This document shows positions 10,419 to 21,401 of a stretch of 64,000 nucleotides of DNA, piece after piece. Origin of the DNA: an uncultured Planctomycetaceae bacterium (GTDB lineage: Bacteria > Planctomycetota > Planctomycetia > Gemmatales > Gemmataceae). A program made the position numbers and the translations under genes. The DNA is taken from positions 22,808 through 86,807 of the forward strand of contig CALARU010000158.1 of assembly GCA_937888715.1 (NCBI GenBank), in the 5' to 3' direction. Positions within the stretch are counted from its first letter, which is position 1, and each line of letters begins with the position of its first letter. Under the pieces are notes generated by a model, which saw only the letters and a list, made by a program, of their open reading frames with translations, searched no databases and had not been told where the DNA came from.

Positions 10419-10994
10419 TTACTTGGATTGTGTTTTACCTGGGGCCCAAAGCACATCATCAGCCCCATTGTTGTTGTAGACCCTAGCCATCACAAAGAGA
10501 AGGTCTGAAAGCCTATTAAGGTAAATAATTGCATGTTCATTAACTGATTCCAAGCTTGAAAGATGGACTACCAACCTTTCAGATCTTCTGCAAACCGTCC
10601 TGCATATATGAAGCCAGCTGGAAACAACCGAACCGCCAGGCAATATAAAACTGTTTAAAGGTGAAAGCTTTTCATTCCATTCATCAATCTTTTTCTCGAG
10701 CCTTTCCCATTGTTCAGGGCGAATCCGCAGCCTATTATCTGGCGCCCCATCTGCTGATGGCACACACAAATCCGCTCCTAAGTCAAAAAGATCATTTTGC
10801 ACACTGCGTATAAACTCCAAATCTGCCCCTTGGGGCAAATGAGAAGCCATAACTCCAAGATTAGAATTAAACTCATCCACGGTGCCATAGGCTTCGATTC
10901 TGGGGTGATCCTTGGAAACCATTGCCCCTGTTCCAAGAGCTGTGTGACCTTTATCGCCAACCCGAGTGTAAATTTTCGAAAGATAAACCATCAT
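10419..10994 (-). CDS. ATP:cob(I)alamin adenosyltransferase, PduO type
   Basis: N-terminal KIYTRVGDKGHTALGTG...RIEAYGTVDEFNS and C-terminal YLNRLSDLLFVMAR are hallmarks of PduO-type adenosyltransferases. Confidence 0.9.
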   Translation of the reverse strand: MMVYLSKIYTRVGDKGHTALGTGAMVSKDHPRIEAYGTVDEFNSNLGVMASHLPQGADLEFIRSVQNDLFDLGADLCVPSADGAPDNRLRIRPEQWERLEKKIDEWNEKLSPLNSFILPGGSVVSSWLHICRTVCRRSERLVVHLSSLESVNEHAIIYLNRLSDLLFVMARVYNNNGADDVLWAPGKTQSK

Positions 10995-11062
10995 AGTCCT
11001 CGCATTAAAGTACTTTTGTCTGACACAACAAGCATGGTAGTCATCAAACTCCGAGAAGTTCT

Positions 11063-11103
11063 AAAAAAGAAAAAAGCAGACCCAGATTGCTCGTGGTCTG
11101 CTT
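11063..11103 (-). terminator. rho-independent terminator downstream of nrdJ
   Basis: On the minus strand: AAGCAGACC-(12 nt)-GGTCTGCTT followed by TTTTTTCTTTTTT. It begins 20 nt after the nrdJ stop. Confidence 0.8.
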
Positions 11104-11123
11104 GAATTAATCATCTGAAAAAG

Positions 11124-14100
11124 TTAACCGCAACCAGTAGTTCCACCGCAAGTATCGCATTTGCAACATGCACCACTGCGTATCAAAGTAAGCTGGCCAC
11201 ACTCATTACATGGGTCGCCTTCATACCCTTTAAGCCTAGCAACGCGAATTCGGTCATCAGGCTTGGCAGCAAGGGATACCGAATGCGATTCTTCGTGCGA
11301 TGCAGAAGTATGGTTGCCATTGGTTGAGGAATAGCGCTGTTCACTAGAGCCCTTCATAGGGCGTAGATTTTCCGTACGGGGAATAAAGAAGGCCTTTTGC
11401 CTAGCGATAGACTTTTCATCCCTCTCGTCAGCTTCTTCATCTGAAAGATCAGCTTCATAATCTGGAGTCGCAGGAGTACGATCAATCGCATCCGCCCGAA
11501 GATCTTCAGGTTGAACATGCGCTAAATCATGGCGACCAAGATAAGTGATAGCCAATTCTCTAAAGATGTAGTCAATTACGGAAGTCGTCATCTTAATATG
11601 AGGATTACCTTGAACTGGGCCATTAGGCTCAAACCGGGTAAACACAAATGCATCAACATATTCTTCAAGCGGCACACCATGTTGCAGGCCAAGAGAAACA
11701 GCGATTGCAAAGCAATTAGTCATGCTACGAAACGCTGCGCCTTCCTTATGCATATCGATGAATATTTCGCCGAGGGAATTATCATCGTACTCGCCGGTAC
11801 GAACATAAATCTTATGATTCCCAATTCTAGCTTTCTGAGTATACCCTGCCCTGCGATCAGGCAATCGCCTTCGATTCGCAATGTAACGATAAACGACCTT
11901 TTGCGCTAATCTTACAGGGGAATTAGGGTTTTCATCTGCTTTTGCTTCATCATCTGAGGAATCAACATTGATATCCTCTGCATCAGCAACACTATTCAAA
12001 GGCTGGCTAAGTTTAGAACCGTCACGATAAAGCGCATTGGCCTTGATCATCAGTTTCCAACTCATCATATAAGCATTCTTGACATCTTCGAAAGTTGCAG
12101 AATGTGGCATATTGATGGTTTTAGAGATAGCACCTGAAACAAAAGGCTGGGCCGCAGCCATCATGAAGATGTGTGCTTCAGCTGAAAGAAAGCGTTTGCC
12201 ATTCTTGCCACAACGATTAGCACAATCAAACACTGCATAGTGTTCTTCACGAAGATGAGGAGCACCTTCAATCGTCATGGTTCCACATACAAACTCACTA
12301 GCCTCTTGAACTTGCTGCTTGCTAAAGCCCAGTGCATTCAACAAATCAAAAGTTGGGGCTTCGATTCGTTCCTTAGGAATACTAAGGGTTTTCTCTAAAG
12401 CTTCATCCCCAAGGCTCCAGCGATTGAAAGCAAAGCCAAGTTCAAACACAGAAGGTAGCTGGGTTTCAATTTTTTGGATAAGCTCTGGAGTGAATCCCTT
12501 GGCAGTCAAAGATTCAACATTGATGTGAGGGCAGCCTTTAAGAGTCCCTGCACCTTTGCAATAACGAACGATATCTTCAATTTGAGATTGATTGTAACCA
12601 AGCCTTTGCAACGAAGGGGGCATCGAAGAGTTGATGATTTTAAAGTAACCACCACCTGCCAACTTCTTGAACTTAACCAATGAAAAGTCAGGTTCGACCC
12701 CGGTGGTATCACAATCCATTACCAAGCCAATGGTTCCAGTTGGTGCAATGCATGTAACTTGTGCATTACGGAAACCATGTTTCTCACCAAGAGAAAGCAT
12801 TAGGTCGGCTTCATTTCTCGCAGCATCGAGAAGATAGCCAGGGCACTTGGATGGATCAATTTCGACAGGGGTAATGGTAAGGCCTTCGTATTCAGCAGCA
12901 TTGGTTTTAAAAGCTGCCCTACGGTGATTTCGAATCACACGAAGCATCGCTTGTTTATTCGCTTCGTATCTTGAAAAAGCCCCAACTTCAGATGCAATGC
13001 GGGCAGACATTACATAAGCGGCATTATGCAAAATAGCAGATAAAGCGCCACACCATGCACGACCTTCAGGGGAGTCATAGGGAATACCCTGAACCATGAG
13101 GAGGGTGCCAAGGTTTGCATATCCTAGGCCTAAAGTGCGGAAGTCGTACGACTTTTGCGCCACAGGAATACTAGGGAACTGTGCCATGTACACAGAGATT
13201 TCGAGAACCAATGTCCACAGGTAACAACCATGTTTATATGATTCGACATCAAACATGCCTGTTGCATTGTCATAAAACTTGATCATATTTAATGATGCAA
13301 GATTACAAGCGGTATCATCAAGAAACATATATTCACTGCAAGGATTGGAAGCATTAATACGACCATCTGCAGGGCAAGTATGCCATTCATTAATCGTGGT
13401 ATCAAATTGAACGCCTGGATCTGCACACATCCAAGCAGCGTTACAGATTTGGTCATAAAGATCTACTGCCTTCAGCGTTTCGCAAGGCTTCGGATCGCGG
13501 CCAGCCTTTAGAGCTTTTTCTTTTTCAGTGCGGAAATAAAGAGGCCAATCACCATTATTGATAACCGCTTGCATGAACTTGTTGTCAATGCGAACTGAAT
13601 TGTTACTATTTTGACCCGATACCGTAGCATAGGCTTTTGAATTCCAATCGGTATCATATTCATCAAAAGCAATTGCAGTAGCACCAAGTTTTGCCAATTG
13701 AACCGATCTTTCGATGTAGTTGGCAGGAATCAAAAACTTAGTTGCATTTAACACTGCTTTTCGAAGGGTCTGGTTCTTCTTGACATCAAATCTCTCAACC
13801 ATTTTGGGCCAAGCATGGCAAGCCTTGATGATTGCATTCAATTCTCGCGATAGCAACTTGGAGCCCACTACCAAAGAAGCTACTTTTTGCTCTTCTACAA
13901 CTTTCCAATTGATGAAATCCTGAATATCAGGGTGATCTAGATCAAGCACTACCATCTTGGCAGCTCGGCGTGTTGTACCACCGGATTTTATCGCACCTGC
14001 AGCACGATCTCCGATTCTAAGGAAACTCATCAACCCGCTAGAGCGACCGCCACCGGATAAAGGTTCAGCTTCGCCTCGGAGGTTGGAAAAATTGCTACCT

Positions 14101-14771
14101 GTACCAGAACCATATTTAAAGATTCTGGCTTCACGAACCCAAAGGTCCATGATGCCGCCCTCGTTGACGAGATCATCTTCGATAGATTGGATAAAGCAGG
14201 CATGCGGGGCAGGATGCTCGTAAGCAGAAGTAGAACGAACCATATTGCCTGAGGTAGGGTCTACTCGATAATGGCCTTGTGCAGGGCCATCGATGCCATA
14301 GGCCCAATGAAGGCCCGTATTAAACCATTGTGGGGAATTAGGGGCGGCCATTTGATTAGCAAGCATAAAACAAATTTCGTCGTGGAAGCTTTGGGCATCC
14401 TGGGGAGTAGAGAAATAACCACCCTTCCAGCCCCAATAAGCCCAGCAACCAGCTAATCTTCGAAATACCTGTCTGCTATCTGTTTCGTAAAGATCGCGGG
14501 TATCGCCATCAGCGGGTATGCTGCGCTGCAAGAATTCTGGAACACCTTCTTCATGCACCTTGGATGCATTCCGGGGCAAGCCAGCCTTGCGAAAATATTT
14601 CTGCGCTAGAATATCAGTAGCAACCTGAGACCATTTCTCAGGAACCATAACATCCTTCATTTCAAACACGGATTTGCCATCCGGGTTCACGATTTTTGAA
14701 GTTCGTGGCACAAATTTGATTGACGCAAAGGGATCCATACCCTCAACGGTGAAGTTACGATTTATACGCAT
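11124..14771 (-). CDS. nrdJ: adenosylcobalamin-dependent ribonucleoside-diphosphate/triphosphate reductase (class II RNR), long form with a Cys-rich C-terminal tail
   Basis: Class II RNR motifs: [37 protein letters not shown]-terminal tail [28 protein letters not shown]. Confidence 0.95.
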   Translation of the reverse strand: MRINRNFTVEGMDPFASIKFVPRTSKIVNPDGKSVFEMKDVMVPEKWSQVATDILAQKYFRKAGLPRNASKVHEEGVPEFLQRSIPADGDTRDLYETDSRQVFRRLAGCWAYWGWKGGYFSTPQDAQSFHDEICFMLANQMAAPNSPQWFNTGLHWAYGIDGPAQGHYRVDPTSGNMVRSTSAYEHPAPHACFIQSIEDDLVNEGGIMDLWVREARIFKYGSGTGSNFSNLRGEAEPLSGGGRSSGLMSFLRIGDRAAGAIKSGGTTRRAAKMVVLDLDHPDIQDFINWKVVEEQKVASLVVGSKLLSRELNAIIKACHAWPKMVERFDVKKNQTLRKAVLNATKFLIPANYIERSVQLAKLGATAIAFDEYDTDWNSKAYATVSGQNSNNSVRIDNKFMQAVINNGDWPLYFRTEKEKALKAGRDPKPCETLKAVDLYDQICNAAWMCADPGVQFDTTINEWHTCPADGRINASNPCSEYMFLDDTACNLASLNMIKFYDNATGMFDVESYKHGCYLWTLVLEISVYMAQFPSIPVAQKSYDFRTLGLGYANLGTLLMVQGIPYDSPEGRAWCGALSAILHNAAYVMSARIASEVGAFSRYEANKQAMLRVIRNHRRAAFKTNAAEYEGLTITPVEIDPSKCPGYLLDAARNEADLMLSLGEKHGFRNAQVTCIAPTGTIGLVMDCDTTGVEPDFSLVKFKKLAGGGYFKIINSSMPPSLQRLGYNQSQIEDIVRYCKGAGTLKGCPHINVESLTAKGFTPELIQKIETQLPSVFELGFAFNRWSLGDEALEKTLSIPKERIEAPTFDLLNALGFSKQQVQEASEFVCGTMTIEGAPHLREEHYAVFDCANRCGKNGKRFLSAEAHIFMMAAAQPFVSGAISKTINMPHSATFEDVKNAYMMSWKLMIKANALYRDGSKLSQPLNSVADAEDINVDSSDDEAKADENPNSPVRLAQKVVYRYIANRRRLPDRRAGYTQKARIGNHKIYVRTGEYDDNSLGEIFIDMHKEGAAFRSMTNCFAIAVSLGLQHGVPLEEYVDAFVFTRFEPNGPVQGNPHIKMTTSVIDYIFRELAITYLGRHDLAHVQPEDLRADAIDRTPATPDYEADLSDEEADERDEKSIARQKAFFIPRTENLRPMKGSSEQRYSSTNGNHTSASHEESHSVSLAAKPDDRIRVARLKGYEGDPCNECGQLTLIRSGACCKCDTCGGTTGCG

Positions 14772-14942
14772 TAATATCCTATTCTTTCATTTCTTACGCA
14801 GGGGTCGCCACCATCCATAGTAACACGACTGTTCGACGGGTTGAACCTGCTACTTACTAGAACCGAGGTGTGTATCCTAATGACCATTCATCAAATGTAC
14901 ACAATAAAATTTAATAAAAAAACCGATTGTTCCGAAGCCATT

Positions 14943-15005
14943 ATTATTTCGGGGGTTGTGACGAAGAACAAATAATTATTGCGGGGGTTGTGACCCAAGA
15001 ACAAA
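14943..15005. repeat. tandem direct repeat (30/31-nt unit) duplicating the last codons and stop codon of dcd
   Basis: Copy 1 is 14975..15005 (attattgcgggggttgtgacccaagaacaaa) and copy 2 is 14943..14972 (attatttcgggggttgtgacgaagaacaaa). 28 positions are identical, and both copies carry the TAA on the minus strand. Confidence 0.9.
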
Positions 15006-15539
15006 AGGAAGAGTCAGACCTTTTTGGTCTTGGTACTTTCCTTTTTTATCCGCATAACTTGTTTTGCACATCGCACTACCTTTGAAAAACAAAATCTGGG
15101 CAATGCCTTCATTTGCATATATTTTAGCAGGAAGCGGAGTAGTATTGCTAATTTCGATGGTAACCCTGCCACGCCATTCGGGCTCTAACGGGGTAACATT
15201 TACAATGATACCACAGCGGGCGTAAGTGCTTTTCCCAACACAAACAGCAATGATATCCCTTGGAATTTCAAGGTACTCAACTGTTTCCGCTAGGGCAAAA
15301 CTATTAGGGGGTATAAGGCAATAATCGGCTTCGATATCGACAAAAGAGGCAGGGTCGAAATTCTTCGGGTCAACCACCGTGCAACGAGCATTAGTAAAAA
15401 CCTTAAAATGCCTGTCAACTCGAACATCGTAACCATAACTTGTAACGCCATAAGAAATCAAACCTTTGCGGCCTGAACATTCTTCAAAGGGAACGATCTT
15501 AATATTTTCTTTGATCATCCAGTCAGGTAAAACAGCCAT
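14976..15539 (-). CDS. dcd: dCTP deaminase
   Basis: Start at the internal ATG ([11 protein letters not shown]...). Family pattern: [55 protein letters not shown]. Confidence 0.92.
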   Translation of the reverse strand: MAVLPDWMIKENIKIVPFEECSGRKGLISYGVTSYGYDVRVDRHFKVFTNARCTVVDPKNFDPASFVDIEADYCLIPPNSFALAETVEYLEIPRDIIAVCVGKSTYARCGIIVNVTPLEPEWRGRVTIEISNTTPLPAKIYANEGIAQILFFKGSAMCKTSYADKKGKYQDQKGLTLPFVLGSQPPQ

Positions 15540-15917
15540 GTTTTGTTCCTCGATTCCAAATAAACACTTCATTAAACACAAGAATCATCATCAGGATGAA
15601 ATACAAGTGTAAGCCACATACATAGGCACTATATACTTAAAGATGTTTATCCTTTCCAAAGTAGAAATCAACTAAGAAGTTTTGGAATTTATTCAGAGGT
15701 GTTTGAACCACTTGTCTTTAAGCCCGAATATTTATTTACAGAATTTAAATTGTTGGAAATAATCTTCTTGGCAAAAATAGATTTTCTGTGCATGATGACA
15801 AAAGAATTACAAAAAAAGAGTTTCAGTATTGGGTCCCGCCTGTTAAAAATACAGTTAGAAAGCACAAACTTTTGTTTAGACCTGCTAATTGTTAAACCTG
15901 TTTTCAAAGTATGAAGG

Positions 15918-17609
15918 ATGATCATGAATTCTGAACCTATTCCAGCTGAAACTTCTGCCCCTGACTTATCTACTAAAAAGTCTTCCCCCAAATGGTTTAC
16001 CTATTTGGTGCCGGTTGCAACCTTGATAGGCTTGGCACTGCTTGGAAGGTACTTTTATATTCCAGGAAATACTCAAGCATTAGCTCAGGTTCCTGCTGAA
16101 AAAGCAACCGCTCAGGATAAAGAGAAAGCGAAATCCGAAAAAGTTGCTGCCCCTGAATTTGAAGGTGGTGTTGCTTGGCTTAACACTGCAAAACCCATCA
16201 GCATCAAAGATCTTAAAGGCAAAATTGTGCTTTTAGACTTCTGGACACTTTGTTGCATCAACTGCATCCACACCCTCCCCGACCTCGCAAAGCTTGAAAA
16301 GAAATACGCCAACGAACTTGTCGTAATCGGCGTTCACTCTGCAAAGTTTGAAAACGAAAAAGAAACAGAAAGCATCCGCAAGGCAATTGCGCGCTACGAA
16401 ATCAAACACCCCGTAGTTAATGATGCCAACATGAAAATCTGGCGAACTTATGGTGTTAACTCTTGGCCAACCTTGGTTCTATTAGATTCCGAGGGAAACT
16501 TTGTAGCAAAAGGTTCAGGCGAAGGCTTGCACGATGCAGTAGACTTGGCAATTGCCAAGCTTGTAAAGTCAGGCAGAGAAAACAAAACCCTAAATGAAAA
16601 ACCAATCGACTTCGGTCAATCTGTGGAAAAAGCCACTTCACCGCTTTACTTCCCCGGAAAAGTCTTGGCAGATGCAGAATCTAAACGCATTTTTATTGCT
16701 GACAGCACTAATCACAGAGTCATCATCACCGACCTTACAGGCAAGGCCCTTGCAACAATTGGCCAAGGGGGCAAATCTGGATTTAAAAATGGTTCCTATT
16801 CTGAGGCCATGTTTGATGATCCTCAGGGTATGGCCCTAATGGGAGATGATCTTTATCTCGCAGACAGAAAGAACCACTTAATCAGAAAAATAGATCTGAA
16901 AAAACAAACTGTTTCCACTGCTGCTGGAACAGGCAAACAAGGGCAGGACCGTGATACTGGCGGTATCGCTACTTTGGTTGGCCTTAACAGCCCCTGGGAT
17001 TTACTCCGTAAAGGTGATACTCTTTTCATCGCTTTGGCTGGGCATCATCAAATCTGGACACTTGATTTGAAATTCAAAAAACTTATTCCTTATGCGGGCA
17101 ATGGCAGAGAGACTCTTAAAGATAACCCGCTAGCTTCTTCGAGTTTTGCACAACCCAGCGGGTTAACCACCGATGGCACAAACCTCTTTGTTGCAGATAG
17201 TGAAATCAGTGCCATTCGCTCGCTTCCCCTCGATGGCAAAGGTAATGTTAAAACCCTTGTTGGGCTTGGTCTTTTTGAATTCGGTGACATTGACGGAGTT
17301 GGCGATGAAGTGCGAATCCAGCATGCTTTGGGCGTCGCATGGCATGAAGGCCTGATTTATATTGCAGACACTTACAACAGCAAAATCAAGACGCTTGATC
17401 CTAAAACCCGAGAATGCAAAAGCTATCTTTCCAGTACTAAAACCGGTTGGATGGGTGGCCCCATGTTCAATGAACCCGCAGGCATTAATATTTCGGGCGG
17501 GATGATTTATATCGCTGATACCAACGCCCACCGCATTCAAGTGGTGGATTTAAAAACAAAAGCTGTCAGCACACTTAAAATTACCGGTGTCGATATCGTA
17601 CCAAGGTAA
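15918..17609 (+). CDS. membrane-anchored thioredoxin-fold (redoxin) plus NHL-repeat beta-propeller protein (NHLRC2-like architecture)
   Basis: N-terminal TM segment KWFTYLVPVATLIGLALLGRYFYI. Thioredoxin-like region with VLLDFWTLCCINCIH (CxxC = CINC) and WPTLVLLD. At least five NHL-type blades follow (IADSTNHRVIITD, YLADRKNHLIRKID, FVADSEISAIRSL, YIADTYNSKIKTLD, YIADTNAHRIQVVD). An alternative ATG at 15924 is possible. Confidence 0.85.
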   Translation: MIMNSEPIPAETSAPDLSTKKSSPKWFTYLVPVATLIGLALLGRYFYIPGNTQALAQVPAEKATAQDKEKAKSEKVAAPEFEGGVAWLNTAKPISIKDLKGKIVLLDFWTLCCINCIHTLPDLAKLEKKYANELVVIGVHSAKFENEKETESIRKAIARYEIKHPVVNDANMKIWRTYGVNSWPTLVLLDSEGNFVAKGSGEGLHDAVDLAIAKLVKSGRENKTLNEKPIDFGQSVEKATSPLYFPGKVLADAESKRIFIADSTNHRVIITDLTGKALATIGQGGKSGFKNGSYSEAMFDDPQGMALMGDDLYLADRKNHLIRKIDLKKQTVSTAAGTGKQGQDRDTGGIATLVGLNSPWDLLRKGDTLFIALAGHHQIWTLDLKFKKLIPYAGNGRETLKDNPLASSSFAQPSGLTTDGTNLFVADSEISAIRSLPLDGKGNVKTLVGLGLFEFGDIDGVGDEVRIQHALGVAWHEGLIYIADTYNSKIKTLDPKTRECKSYLSSTKTGWMGGPMFNEPAGINISGGMIYIADTNAHRIQVVDLKTKAVSTLKITGVDIVPR

Positions 17610-17669
17610 TCAAGCATAACTTGCAACCCAGATAGTTTTACAACCATCATCCAATGAAAATGATTACAC

Positions 17670-19748
17670 ATGATGCAATTGAGATCCTTCTTTGTAATTG
17701 CAGTGCTTATTCTGACCTCAGCTTTTTATGTGGTTGGACAATCTCCTGAAAAAATCGCGCCGCCCGCTACTGCATCACGAATCGAGTTCTCCGCAACCTT
17801 AGGCGCAGTCGATCCTTTTTCTGATTCTAATTTCGAAGAGCCAAAAGAACTTGCGGTTCGCAGGGGTGAAGTGCTTGTCCTGCGTATCCAAGGAACCCCA
17901 AAAACGGGATTTCACACCTATCCCATAACCCAACGATCCGAAAACCAAGACGAGAACGGCCTCTCAAAAATCACCTTCAAAAAAAACCCAGTATTCTCTC
18001 CTATATATCCCCTCAAAGAATCCGAACCCGAATGGAAAGAAGAAGGGGTGCTTGGCTACTTCCTTGAATTTGAAAAACCTTTCACTTGGACCCAGGAAAT
18101 TTACATTCAACCCGATGCTACAGTAGGCAAAAACGAACTTAACTTTTCAATCAAGTTGCAAGTTTGCGATTCCAATTGTGTATGGGGGGAACACTTATTT
18201 AGCATCCCTATATCTGTATCCAAAGCAGACCCACTCGAAACTTCGGAAGAACTTAAACAAAGGTTAGCTATCAAAGAAGAGGCGCCTAAGATTGTCGCCG
18301 ATCCTAAAAGCAGCAATCCCAAAAACAAAAATCAGCAAACTAATACAGATAACTCTAAGAATGGAACTGAAGGCTTATTGGCATTTGCACTACAGGGAAT
18401 GTTTTGGGGGGCTATCTCCCTCGTAACTCCCTGCGTTTTTCCCATGATTCCCATCACGGTAAGTTACTTCCTCAAGCAATCAGAAAAAACCCATCACAGG
18501 CCGGTCGCAATGGCAGTAGTTTACAGCCTCACTATTGTTATTGTGCTTACCATTGCCGCAGTGGCCCTACTCTCTTTCTTTCGCTTACTTAGCGTACACC
18601 CTGCAATGAACTTTGGCTTGGGATGCCTTTTTGTCTTCTTTTCTTTAAGCCTGCTAGGCATGTACGAAATTGAGCTCCCAAGTGGGTTGGCACATTTCAC
18701 CAGCTCCAAACAAGGGCAAGGCGGGATGGTTGGAACCATCTTCATGGCACTTACTTTCACGATCGTCAGCTTTGCCTGTGTTGCTCCATTCCTTGGTGGT
18801 TTTGGTGGCACAGCTTCTGGATCAAATCTGACCTTCCTCCACCGCCTGCTTGGTGGGTTTGCGTTCTCAGTGACTTTTGCATCGCCATTTTTCCTGCTTG
18901 CATTGTTTCCTGGAATGTTGAAGAAACTTCCCAAGAGTGGTAATTGGCTTAACAGCGTCAAGGTTGTGATGGGCTTTCTAGAATTGGCAGCTGCAATCAA
19001 GTTTTTCAGAGCAGGAGAACTTGTTTTATTTCCCGAACCATTAATATTTACTTACGATTTCTCGATGGCAATTACGGTTATTATTGCTCTTTGCTGCGGG
19101 CTATATCTTTTGGGCTTTTTGCAACTTCCACACGATATGCCCTCCGAACACACGAGCGTTCCTGGAGTTGTACTAGGCTGCCTTTTCCTGGCATTTGGAT
19201 TATATCTTACACCGGCATTATTAAAGTTGAAGGAAGATGGGTCGCGCCTAAGGCCATCGGGAATGATTTTCGCCTGGGTTGATTCCTTCCTACTTCCAGA
19301 AGAAAACGATGATCTACCCTTCGTAGGAGATTTAAATCGTGGCCTGGAAGAAGCAAAGAAACAAAACAAGATGGTATTCATCGATTTCACCGGAGTGACC
19401 TGCACCAACTGCAAAATCAATGAGGCCAATGTTTTCCCGATAAAAGATGTTCGTGAGCTTCTCAAAAAGTTTGTGTTGGTGCAACTTTACACCGATCGTG
19501 TTCCAGACAAACTTTACTCCCCCGAAGAACGATCTGCGTTTCAAGGCAGTGCCACTAAACAACGCGCTGACGCAAATAAAAATCTCGACTTCCAAAAGTT
19601 AAAGTTCGACACAGAGCAACTTCCTCTTTACGTCATCGTCAAACCCGATGCCAGTGGCTTTGTTGAAGTCGTAAGGTATGACGAGGGTAAGATCAACGAT
19701 GTTTCAGCATTTGTAAAGTTTCTAAGGTCTGGGCTATTAGGAAAATAA
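17670..19748 (+). CDS. DsbD-like thiol:disulfide interchange (protein-disulfide reductase) protein with N-terminal periplasmic, CcdA-like TM and C-terminal thioredoxin domains
   Basis: Signal peptide. N-terminal domain ending in [15 protein letters not shown] core with the two conserved cysteines ([10 protein letters not shown] and [11 protein letters not shown]). C-terminal thioredoxin with [13 protein letters not shown] (CxxC). Confidence 0.85.
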   Translation: MMQLRSFFVIAVLILTSAFYVVGQSPEKIAPPATASRIEFSATLGAVDPFSDSNFEEPKELAVRRGEVLVLRIQGTPKTGFHTYPITQRSENQDENGLSKITFKKNPVFSPIYPLKESEPEWKEEGVLGYFLEFEKPFTWTQEIYIQPDATVGKNELNFSIKLQVCDSNCVWGEHLFSIPISVSKADPLETSEELKQRLAIKEEAPKIVADPKSSNPKNKNQQTNTDNSKNGTEGLLAFALQGMFWGAISLVTPCVFPMIPITVSYFLKQSEKTHHRPVAMAVVYSLTIVIVLTIAAVALLSFFRLLSVHPAMNFGLGCLFVFFSLSLLGMYEIELPSGLAHFTSSKQGQGGMVGTIFMALTFTIVSFACVAPFLGGFGGTASGSNLTFLHRLLGGFAFSVTFASPFFLLALFPGMLKKLPKSGNWLNSVKVVMGFLELAAAIKFFRAGELVLFPEPLIFTYDFSMAITVIIALCCGLYLLGFLQLPHDMPSEHTSVPGVVLGCLFLAFGLYLTPALLKLKEDGSRLRPSGMIFAWVDSFLLPEENDDLPFVGDLNRGLEEAKKQNKMVFIDFTGVTCTNCKINEANVFPIKDVRELLKKFVLVQLYTDRVPDKLYSPEERSAFQGSATKQRADANKNLDFQKLKFDTEQLPLYVIVKPDASGFVEVVRYDEGKINDVSAFVKFLRSGLLGK

Positions 19749-19785
19749 ACCAAATTCGCAACTATCTCTTAAGGAGAATCAAGCA

Positions 19786-21267
19786 ATGTCTTCCGCATCT
19801 AAATCAAAAATCATCAAAGCACCCAAGGTTTCGAATCAGAAATTGTTCATCAATGGAAAATGGGTCAACAGTATATCCGGCAAAACATTTGCAACTTTAA
19901 ACCCTTCGACTGGGCAAGAAATCTGCCAAGTTGCTGAGGCCGATTCTGCAGATGTCGATCTTGCTGTAAAAGCAGCAAGAAAAGCATTTGAATCAGGGCC
20001 TTGGAAAAAAATGAGCGCAGCAGAGCGAGGCCGTAGAATCAACAAACTCGCAGATCTTATGGAACAAAATCTTCCAGAGTTGGCAGCACTCGAATCACTA
20101 GACAATGGCAAACCTCTTCGTGATTCCCTTAATGCTGATCTTCCTCTTAGCATTAAGGCTTACCGCTATTACGCTGGTTGGTGCGATAAAACCCATGGCA
20201 AAACTATTCCCGTAGAAGGCGAATATTTCTGCTACACCAAGCATGAACCCGTCGGTGTTGTAGGCCAGATCATTCCTTGGAATTTCCCATTGCTAATGAC
20301 CGCTTGGAAATGGGCCCCTGCTCTGGCAACCGGTTGCACGATTGTTTTAAAACCTGCAGAGCAAACCCCTCTTACAGCTCTGAGGATGGCAGCACTTGCC
20401 CAAGAAGCAGATATCCCAGATGGTGTTATAAATGTTCTGCCAGGATTTGGGCCCACTGCAGGCGCTGCAATCACTTCGCACATGGATATTGATAAAGTCG
20501 CCTTCACAGGAGAAGGCAGCACGGGCCAACTAGTAATGCAGGCTGCGGCAAAAAGCAATTTAAAACGCGTCAGCCTTGAGTTGGGAGGCAAAAGCCCAAA
20601 TGTGGTTTTTGCAGATGCTGATTTAGATGCTGCGGTAGAAGGAGCTTATTTTGGTTTGTTTTTCAATCAAGGACAATGCTGTTGCGCAGGTAGCAGGCTT
20701 TTCGTTGAAGAAAAGATCCATGATGCGTTTGTGGAAAAACTAGTTGCGAGAGCAAAAAAACAACGCATAGGCGACCCATTTGACATGGCGACCACCCAAG
20801 GCCCCCAAATATCTCAAGAACAATGCGATCGCATTATGGGATATATCGATATTGGAATTTCCGAAGGTGCCAACCTTTTAAGTGGTGGTAAAAGAGTTGG
20901 AAATAAAGGGTATTTTATCCAGCCAACCATTTTCGATGGTGTCAAAGACAACATGCGAATTGCAAAAGAAGAAATTTTTGGCCCAGTGATGAACATACTC
21001 AAGTTTAAAGATGTGGACGAAGTGGTTCAGCGTGGCAATAAAACCTTCTACGGCCTTGCTGCTGCTATTTGGACCAAAGATATCACCAAGGCCCACCGCC
21101 TTGCGAATAGCTTAAGGGCCGGCACGGTTTGGGTCAATTGTTACGATGTTTTTGATGCTGCAGCCCCCTTTGGCGGTTTTAAAATGAGTGGCATTGGCAG
21201 AGAACTAGGGGAATATGCTTTAAGCCTCTATACCGAAGTAAAAACTGTGTACATAAACCTAGGCTAA
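19786..21267 (+). CDS. NAD(P)+-dependent aldehyde dehydrogenase (ALDH family)
   Basis: AAGGAGA RBS. Canonical ALDH motifs: [41 protein letters not shown] (catalytic Cys), EEIFGPV. Confidence 0.93.
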   Translation: MSSASKSKIIKAPKVSNQKLFINGKWVNSISGKTFATLNPSTGQEICQVAEADSADVDLAVKAARKAFESGPWKKMSAAERGRRINKLADLMEQNLPELAALESLDNGKPLRDSLNADLPLSIKAYRYYAGWCDKTHGKTIPVEGEYFCYTKHEPVGVVGQIIPWNFPLLMTAWKWAPALATGCTIVLKPAEQTPLTALRMAALAQEADIPDGVINVLPGFGPTAGAAITSHMDIDKVAFTGEGSTGQLVMQAAAKSNLKRVSLELGGKSPNVVFADADLDAAVEGAYFGLFFNQGQCCCAGSRLFVEEKIHDAFVEKLVARAKKQRIGDPFDMATTQGPQISQEQCDRIMGYIDIGISEGANLLSGGKRVGNKGYFIQPTIFDGVKDNMRIAKEEIFGPVMNILKFKDVDEVVQRGNKTFYGLAAAIWTKDITKAHRLANSLRAGTVWVNCYDVFDAAAPFGGFKMSGIGRELGEYALSLYTEVKTVYINLG

Positions 21268-21401
21268 TAAACCAAAAAGTGGCCAAATGTACACCGCTCT
21301 TCCGTTCTGGCCTTTTATTCCCGCTTTGAACCATGCTATAAATTGTTCTAATGAGCAGCGGATTGGCTTTACTTTAATGCTGCTTGATTAGGAGAATCGC
21401 T

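Noticed and set aside
14772-14942. Possible cobalamin riboswitch or NrdR boxes in the nrdJ leader. Minus-strand segments GGTTCAACCCGTCGAACAGT and GGTGGCGACCCCTGCG loosely resemble the B12-riboswitch core and B12 box.
   Set aside because: The resemblance is partial, and the conserved GCCACTG-type core and helices cannot be built convincingly by eye. Repression of a B12-dependent RNR by B12 would also be biologically odd. I found no 16-bp NrdR-type palindrome. An Rfam scan of this spacer would settle it.
15582-15917. ORFs 15689..15991 (-) and 15699..15914 (+) in the AT-rich divergent spacer between dcd and the Trx-NHL gene.
   Set aside because: They overlap each other on opposite strands and have Phe/Lys/Ile/Leu-rich AT-driven composition with no RBS. 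The region is better explained as a divergent promoter region.
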